Below, piece by piece: positions 53,590 through 64,000 of a DNA stretch of 64,000 nt. The notes beneath the pieces are model-generated. The model searched no databases and was not told the DNA's origin. It saw only the letters and a list, made by a program, of their open reading frames with translations. The DNA comes from Eledone cirrhosa (Eukaryota). The stretch's first letter is position 1. Each line of letters starts with the position of its first letter. Where the stretch lies: positions 304,296,001 through 304,360,000 of the forward strand of contig OZ024741.1 of the NCBI GenBank assembly GCA_964016885.1. Reading direction: 5' to 3'. A program made the translations under genes and the position numbers.

Positions 53590-54050
53590 TACATGGTGGC
53601 TGCCAACTCGTTTTCGAGTACGGCCACTACTTTATATCCATGTAGGAGAACTCCTACCGATGCGCTGAACGAGTGTGACTTTTTAGTCCAGCCAGCGACT
53701 TGAAAACTCTGGTACAAACACTACATTTGTGACAATTATTGACACATAGTGCTGGGCCCATTGGTACCCTGTGATGAAACGTGAAGAGAGATCTCCAGAT
53801 ATAAAGCAATGCCTGTGCCGTGAAGCTTTTATAGTGATCAAAGGCACTGCACGAAGCCAGTCCCACTCTCTTAACCAAGATCATATTTACCAAAAAGAAG
53901 AACAAGTCAACATCATTGGATACCATCAGAGTTGCAGTTGTTATATCAGAGTTTTCCTTCTCCTAGAATTCTGCCTTGACAAAGGCTAAGGGGTCATCTC
54001 TCCCAGTGATTTTGGATGGCCATTGACTCTTAAGAGCTCCTTTGCCCTTC
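53590..54050 (-). mobile_element. RTE-BovB-like insertion: 3' end with a C2H2 finger and (TATG)n tail, plus a probable inverted 5' UTR piece
   Basis: Minus [24 protein letters not shown]-stop, then a short UTR running into TATG repeats. Plus strand GTTTTCCTTCTCCTAG...CAAAGGCTAAG resembles RTE 5' UTR motifs. Confidence 0.6.
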
Positions 54051-54220
54051 ATACATACATATATATATTCATACATACATATATATATTCATACATACAT
54101 ATATATATTCATACATACATATATATATATTCATACATACATATATATGTTGATACATACATATATTCATACATACATATATATATTCATACATATATAT
54201 ATTCATACATACATATTCCA

Positions 54221-55906
54221 TTATCTGGTGGGCTCTTAGAAAACTAGGTGTTGACGAATGGCTTGTGAGAGCTATACAAGCCATGTATAAAGAAACAGTC
54301 AGCAAGGTTAGAATTAACAACGAATATAGTGAAGAGTTTACCGTAAAAGTTGGTGTCCATCAGGGCTCTGTTCTTAGCCCCCTACTATTTATTATTGCCC
54401 TTCAGGCTATAACAGAGGAGTTCAAGACCGGCTGCCCATGGGAACTCCTATACGCAGATGATCTAACGCTCATAGCTGAATCAATGACCGAACTAGAGAA
54501 GAAATTCCAAACATGAAAGCACGGCCTAGAATCAAAAGGCCTTAAAATTAACCTGGCTAAGACTAAAGTTCTAGTTTGTAGGAAAGAAAATAAGGCGCCG
54601 GTCCCTTCCGGAAAATGTCCATGCTCAGTGTGTAGGAAAGGCGTAGGTAGAAACTCCATTTTATGTCCCAAATGCAAAGTATGGGTGCATAAAAGATGTA
54701 GTGGGATCACAGGTAAGCTAACTAAGAACATAGATTTTACATGTGGCCGGTGCTCTGGTGCAATAAGTAGCAGCGAGTGCCCACAAAATACTAACTCTTT
54801 CAATTGCGCAGAGGGTTCTATAGAAATAGTGGACAGCTTCCGTTACCTGGGTTACAAAATCAGCAGTGGAGGAGGGTGCTCTGAAAGTACAGTAGCTAGA
54901 ATCGGAACTGGATGGAAAAAGTTCAGAGAGCTTATACCACTATTAGCCGCTAAAGGGTTCTCCCTAAATATGAAAGGCAGGTTATTCGATGCCTGCATAC
55001 GAACAACAATGCTGCATGGCAGTGAGACCTGGGCATTGTGTGCAGAGGATATACGCAGACTAGAGAGGAACGAAGCTTGCATGCTCCGCTGGATGTACAA
55101 TAGTAATATACGTGAACGGCTAAGCATAAACGAACTAAGGAAAAAATTAGAAATAAGAGGGCTCAGATGTTGTTTACTCGAGAGAAGGCTACGTTGGTAC
55201 GGTCACGTGATGCGCATTAAAAGACGACAGCTGTATAACAAAGTGCAGGGCAATAAAGATAGACGGTAGCCACGGAGTAGGCAGACCCAGAAAAACCTGG
55301 GACGACATGATAAATTCCGACCTCACGCGCTTACACCTCTCCAAGACAATGTCACTGGACCGAGACCTTTGGCGGTACTCAGTAATAGAGAAGAGCCGCC
55401 TTACCTAAATACAAAGTAAAACCTACTACAGTCAGTAGGCATCTCTATCAAAACACACCCCCGTCCCACCACCCCCACCTCATCCACACCGCCCCTTTCA
55501 ATGTAAAGTTATGTTGGTGCCACAACATCCAGGCCGAAACAAATGAGATCGTGTAGGTGTCACGACAAAAAAACACACAGTCCACGCTGTAAATGTGGCC
55601 GTGTAGGCAACACGGTAAAAACCTCCCAGCCCCACACTGTAAATGTGGTTGGTGTTAGGAAGGGCATCCAGCTGTAGAAAACCCGCCAGACAGTCCACGC
55701 TGTAATGTGGCCGTGTAGGCAACACGGTAAAAACCTCCCAGCCCCACACTGTAAATGTGGTTGGTGTTAGGAAGGGCATCCAGCTGTAGAAAACCCGCCA
55801 GACAGTCCTATGCGAGCAAGACAACCACTCATACCTCAAGTGGGAAAACCCCCGTCCAAACCCATGCAAGCGTGGAACACGGACGCTAAACCTTGATGAT
55901 GATGAT
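54221..55906 (+). mobile_element. RTE LINE family B, 1.7 kb, disrupted
   Basis: GVHQGSVLSPLLF, LLYADD, PHD-type finger; TGA at 54514, frameshift at about 55220; 113-bp duplication in the 3' UTR; (GAT)n tail. Confidence 0.95.
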
Positions 55907-56381
55907 ATATATATTCATACATACATACATACATATATATATTCATATATATATATATATATTCATACATATATATATATATATATATATATTCATACAT
56001 ATATATATATATATTCATACATATATATATATATATATTCATACATATATATATATATATATATTCATACATATATATATATATATTCATACATATATAT
56101 ATATATATATATTCATACATATATATATATATATTCATACATATATATATATATTCATACATACATATATATATATTCATATATATATATTCATACATAT
56201 ATATATATTCATATATATATATATATTCATATATATATATTCATATATATATATTCATACATATATATATATATATTCATACATACATATATATATATTC
56301 ATATATATATATTCATACATACATATATATATATTCATATATATATATTCATACATATATATATATTCATATATATATATT

Positions 56382-56453
<72 letters not shown>

Positions 56454-56477
56454 TACATATATATATATATATATATT

Positions 56478-56508
<31 letters not shown>

Positions 56509-56979
56509 TCATACATATATATATATATATTCATACATATATATATATATATTCATACATATATATATATTCATACATATATATATATATATTCATACAT
56601 ATATATATATATATTCATACATATATATATATATATTCATACATATATATATATTTATTCATACATATATATATATTTATTCATACATATATATATATTT
56701 ATTCATACATATATATATATATATTCATACATATATATATATATATTCATACATATATATATATATATATATATATTCATACATATATATATATATATAT
56801 ATATTCATACATATATATATATATATATATATTCATACATATATATATATATATATATTCATACATATATATATATATATATTCATACATATATATATAT
56901 ATATATTCATACATATATATATATATATATTCATACATACATATATATATATATTCATACATACATATATATATATATT

Positions 56980-57010
<31 letters not shown>

Positions 57011-57033
57011 TCATACATATATATATATATATT

Positions 57034-57064
<31 letters not shown>

Positions 57065-58245
57065 TCATACATATATATATATATATTCATACATATATAT
57101 ATATATATTCATACATATATATATATATATTCATACATATATATATATATATTCATACATATATATATATATATTCATACATATATATATATATATATTC
57201 ATACATATATATATATATTCATACATATATATATATATATATTCATACATATATATATATATATTCATACATATATATATATATATATATTCATACATAT
57301 ATATATATATATATATATTCATACATATATATATATATATATATTCATACATATTCATACATATATATATTCATATATATTCATACATATATATATATAT
57401 TCATACATATATATATATATATATTCATACATATATATATATATATATTCATACATATATATATATATATATATATATTCATACATATATATATATATAT
57501 TCATACATATATATATATATTCATACATATATATATATATATATATTCATACATATATATATATATATATATATTCATACATATATATATATATATATAT
57601 ATTCATACATATATATATATATATATATTCATACATATATATATATATATATATATTCATACATATATATATATATATATATTCATACATATATATATAT
57701 ATATATATTCATACATATATATATATATATATATTCATACATATATATATATATATATATATTCATACATATATATATATATATATATATATTCATACAT
57801 ATATATATATTTTCATATATATATATATATATATATTCATACATATATATATATTTTCATATATATATATATATATATATATATTCATATATATATATAT
57901 ATATTCATACATATATATATATATATATTCATACATATATATATATATTCATACATATATATATATATATATATTCATACATATATATATATATATATAT
58001 ATTCATACATATATATATATATATATATATATTCATACATATATATATATATATATATATTCATACATATATATATATATATATATTCATACATATATAT
58101 ATATATATATATTCATACATATATATATATATATATATTCATACATATATATATATATATATATTCATACATATATATATATATATATATTCATACATAT
58201 ATATATATATATATATATTCATACATATATATATATATATATATT

Positions 58246-58295
<50 letters not shown>

Positions 58296-58349
58296 TATAT
58301 ATATATATATATTCATACATATTCATATATATATATATATATATATATT

Positions 58350-58387
<38 letters not shown>

Positions 58388-58423
58388 TATATATATATAT
58401 ATATTCATACATATATATATATT

Positions 58424-58544
<121 letters not shown>

Positions 58545-58758
58545 TATATATATATGAATATATATATATGTATGAATATATATATATATATGTATGAATA
58601 TATATATATATATTCATATATATATATATATATATATTCATATATATATATATATATATTCATATATATATATATATATATTCATATATATATATATATA
58701 TATATATTCATATATATATATATATATTCATACATATATATATATATATATATATATT

Positions 58759-58849
<91 letters not shown>

Positions 58850-58900
58850 TCATACATATATATATATATATATATATATTCATACATATATATATATATT

Positions 58901-58956
<56 letters not shown>

Positions 58957-59030
58957 TATATATATATATATATTCATATATATATATATATATTCATACA
59001 TATATATATATTCATACATATATATATATT

Positions 59031-59068
<38 letters not shown>

Positions 59069-60320
59069 TATATATATATATATATTCATACATATATATA
59101 TATATATTCATACATATATATATATATTCATACATATATATATATATTCATACATATATATATATATATTCATACATATATATATATATATTCATACATA
59201 TATATATATATACTCATAATATATATATATATATTCATACATATATATATATATATTCATACATATATATATATTATATATATTCATATATATATATATA
59301 TATATATATATTCATATATATATATATATATATATATATTCATATATATATATATATATATATATATTCATATATATATATATATATATATTCATATATA
59401 TATATATATATATTCATACATATATATATATATATATTCATATATATATATATATATATATATTCATACATATATATATATATATATTCATACATATATA
59501 TATATATATATATTCATACATATATATATATATATATATTCATAGATATATATATATATATATATTCATACATATATATATATATATATTCATACATATA
59601 TATATATATTCATATATATTCATACATATATATATATATATATATTCATACATATATATATATATTAATATATATATATATATATATCATACATATATAT
59701 ATATATATTCATAAATATATATATTCATATATAATATATATATTCATACATATATATATATATTCATCATATATATATATATTCATATATATATATATAT
59801 ATATATATATTCATATATATATATATATATTCATACATATATATATATATTCATATATATATATATATATATATTCATATATATATATATATATATATAT
59901 GAATATATATATATATATATATAGAATATATATATATATATATATATGAATATATATATATATATATATGAATATATATATATATATATATATGAATATA
60001 TATATATATGTATGAATATATATATATATATATGAATATATATATATATATATATATATATGAATATATATATATATGTATGAATATATATATATATGTA
60101 TGAATATATATATATATATATGAATATATATATATGTATGAATATATATATATATATGTATGAATATATATATATATATTCATATATATATATATATATA
60201 TATTCATATATATATATATATATATTCATATATATATATATATATTCATATATATATATATATATATATATTCATATATATATATATATATTCATACATA
60301 TATATATATATATATATATT

Positions 60321-60405
<85 letters not shown>

Positions 60406-60456
60406 TCATACATATATATATATATATATATATATTCATACATATATATATATATT

Positions 60457-60510
<54 letters not shown>

Positions 60511-60588
60511 TATATATATATATATATTCATATATATATATATATATTCATACATATATATATATTCATACATATATATATATCATAC

Positions 60589-60665
<77 letters not shown>

Positions 60666-60668
60666 TAC

Positions 60669-60700
<32 letters not shown>

Positions 60701-60702
60701 TT

Positions 60703-60784
<82 letters not shown>

Positions 60785-60998
60785 TACATATATATATATA
60801 TATATATTCATACATATATATATATATATATATTCATACATATATATATATATATTCATACATATATATATATATATATATTCATACATATATATATATA
60901 TATATATTCATACATATATATATATATATATATTCATATATATATATATATATTCATATATATATATATATATATTCATACATATATATATATATATT

Positions 60999-61040
<42 letters not shown>

Positions 61041-61128
61041 TACATATATATATATTCATACATATATATATATTCATACATATATATATATTCATACATA
61101 TATATATATTCATACATATATATATATT

Positions 61129-61258
<130 letters not shown>

Positions 61259-61348
61259 TACATATATATATATATATTCATACATATATATATATATATT
61301 CATACATATATATATATATATTCATACATATATATATATATATATATT

Positions 61349-61379
<31 letters not shown>

Positions 61380-61592
61380 TCATACATATATATATATATA
61401 TATTCATACATATATATATATATATATATATATTCATATATATATTCATATATATATATATATATATATATTCATACATATATATATTCATATATATATA
61501 TATATATATTCATACATATATATATATATATATATATATTCATATATATATTCATATATATATATATATATATATATTCATACATATATATA

Positions 61593-61626
<34 letters not shown>

Positions 61627-61861
61627 TATATATATTCAATATATATATATATATATATATTCATACATATATATATTCATATATATATATATATATATAT
61701 ATTCATATATATATATATATATATATATTCATACATATATATATTCATATATATATATATATATATATAATATATATATATATATATTCATATATGTATA
61801 TATATATATATATATATTCATATATATATATATATATATTCATACATATATATATTCATAT

Positions 61862-61899
<38 letters not shown>

Positions 61900-61900
61900 T

Positions 61901-61932
<32 letters not shown>

Positions 61933-61982
61933 TCATATATATATATATATATATATATATTCATATATATATATATATTCAT

Positions 61983-62358
61983 ATCATCATCATCATCATT
62001 TCATTTTACGTCCGCTTTTCCCTGCTTGCAAGGGTGGGACAGGAACTGAATGTGGCTTGATTTCTACAGCTGAATGCCCTAATGTGGCTTGATTTCTACA
62101 GCTGAATGCCCTTCCTAACACCAACCTCATTTACAGTGAGTTCTGGGTGCTTTTTTGCCGTGGCGCCTACACGACCACTTTGCAGTGGAATGATATGGAC
62201 TCCAGTCCCTATCATCTCATTTCTACAGCTGAGTAAACTGGAGCAATGTGAAATAAAGTGTCTTGCTCAAGGAAACAACACATCACCCGGTCTGGGAATT
62301 GAACTCACAACCTTTCAATTGCAAGCCCAATGCTCTAACCACTAAGCCATGTGCCTCC
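61983..62358 (-). mobile_element. Full-length tRNA/CORE-SINE with an RTE-A tail and a 32-bp internal duplication
   Basis: Matches the 50276 copy; AATGTGGCTTGATTTCTACAGCTGAATGCCCT at 62049 and 62081. Confidence 0.93.
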
Positions 62359-62359
62359 A

Positions 62360-62393
<34 letters not shown>

Positions 62394-62553
62394 TATATAT
62401 ATATATATTCATATATATATATATATATATATATTCATATATATATATATATATATATATTCATATATATATATATATATATTCATATATATATATATAT
62501 ATATATTCATATATATATATATATATATATTCATATATATATATATATATATA

Positions 62554-62609
<56 letters not shown>

Positions 62610-63774
62610 TATATATATATATATATATATATTCATACATATATATTCATACATATATATATTCATACATATATATATTCATACATATATACATACATAT
62701 ATACATATATATATTCATACATACATATATATATTCATACATACATATATATATTCATACATACATATATATATTCATACATACATATATATATTCATAC
62801 ATACATATATATATATATATTCATACATACATATATATATATTCATACATACATACATATATATATTCATACATACATATATATATTCATACATACATAC
62901 ATATATATATTCATACATACATATATATATTCATACATACATATATATATTCATACATACATATATATATTCATACATACATATATATATATATATTCAT
63001 ACATACATATATATATATTCATACATACATACATATATATATTCATACATACATACATATATATATTCATACATACATACATATATATATTCATACATAC
63101 ATATATATATATTCATACATACATATATATATATTCATACATACATACATATATATATTCATACATACATATATATATATTCATACATACATATATATAT
63201 ATTCATACATACATATATATATATTCATACATACATACATATATATATTCATACATACATATATATATATTCATACATACATATATATATATTCATACAT
63301 ACATATATATATATTCATACATACATATATATATATTCATACATACACATATATATATTCATACATACACATATATATATTCATACATACATATATATAT
63401 ATTCATACATACATATATATATATTCATACATACATATATATATATTCATACATATATATATATATATATTCATACATATATATATATATTCATACATAT
63501 ATATATATATATTCATACATATATATATATATATTCATACATATATATATATATATTCATACATATATATATATATATTCATACATATATATATATATAT
63601 TCATACATATATATATATATATTCATACATATATATATATATATTCATACATATATATATATATATTCATACATATATATATATATTCATACATATATAT
63701 ATATATATTCATACATATATATATATATATTCATACATATATATATATATATCATACATATATATATATATATT

Positions 63775-63830
<56 letters not shown>

Positions 63831-63833
63831 TAC

Positions 63834-63865
<32 letters not shown>

Positions 63866-64000
63866 TCATACATATATATATATATATATATTCATACATA
63901 TATTCATACATATATATATATATATATTCATACATATATTCATACATATATATATATATATATTCATACATATATTCATACATATATATATATATATTCA

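Overview
Eukaryotic, very AT-rich, repeat-dominated DNA with no recognisable host exon. The repeat content (tRNA/CORE SINEs with RTE tails, (GAT)n-tailed RTE LINEs, huge TA/TACA arrays) suggests a mollusc, probably an octopus; this is inference. Two giant (TA)-based compound microsatellite blocks (about 1-9600 and 50163-64000) are studded with young, near-identical, 5'-truncated retroelements. The roughly 40 kb middle holds mostly older SINEs, MITEs, Helitrons, mariner remnants and Penelope-like pieces. Main observations: (1) both active-looking RTE families carry a C4HC3 PHD-type finger between late RT motifs; (2) their 3' UTRs are arrays of a repeated, co-varying stem-loop module that a CORE-SINE has borrowed; (3) two insertions are inverted and bipartite (twin-priming-like); (4) there are many fold-back palindromes built from TE sequence, including a 268-bp spacerless one; (5) there are hammerhead-ribozyme-like cores; (6) Helitron 3' ends face both giant arrays. 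The long Y/I/H/T ORFs are microsatellite artefacts. All alignments and folds were done by eye.
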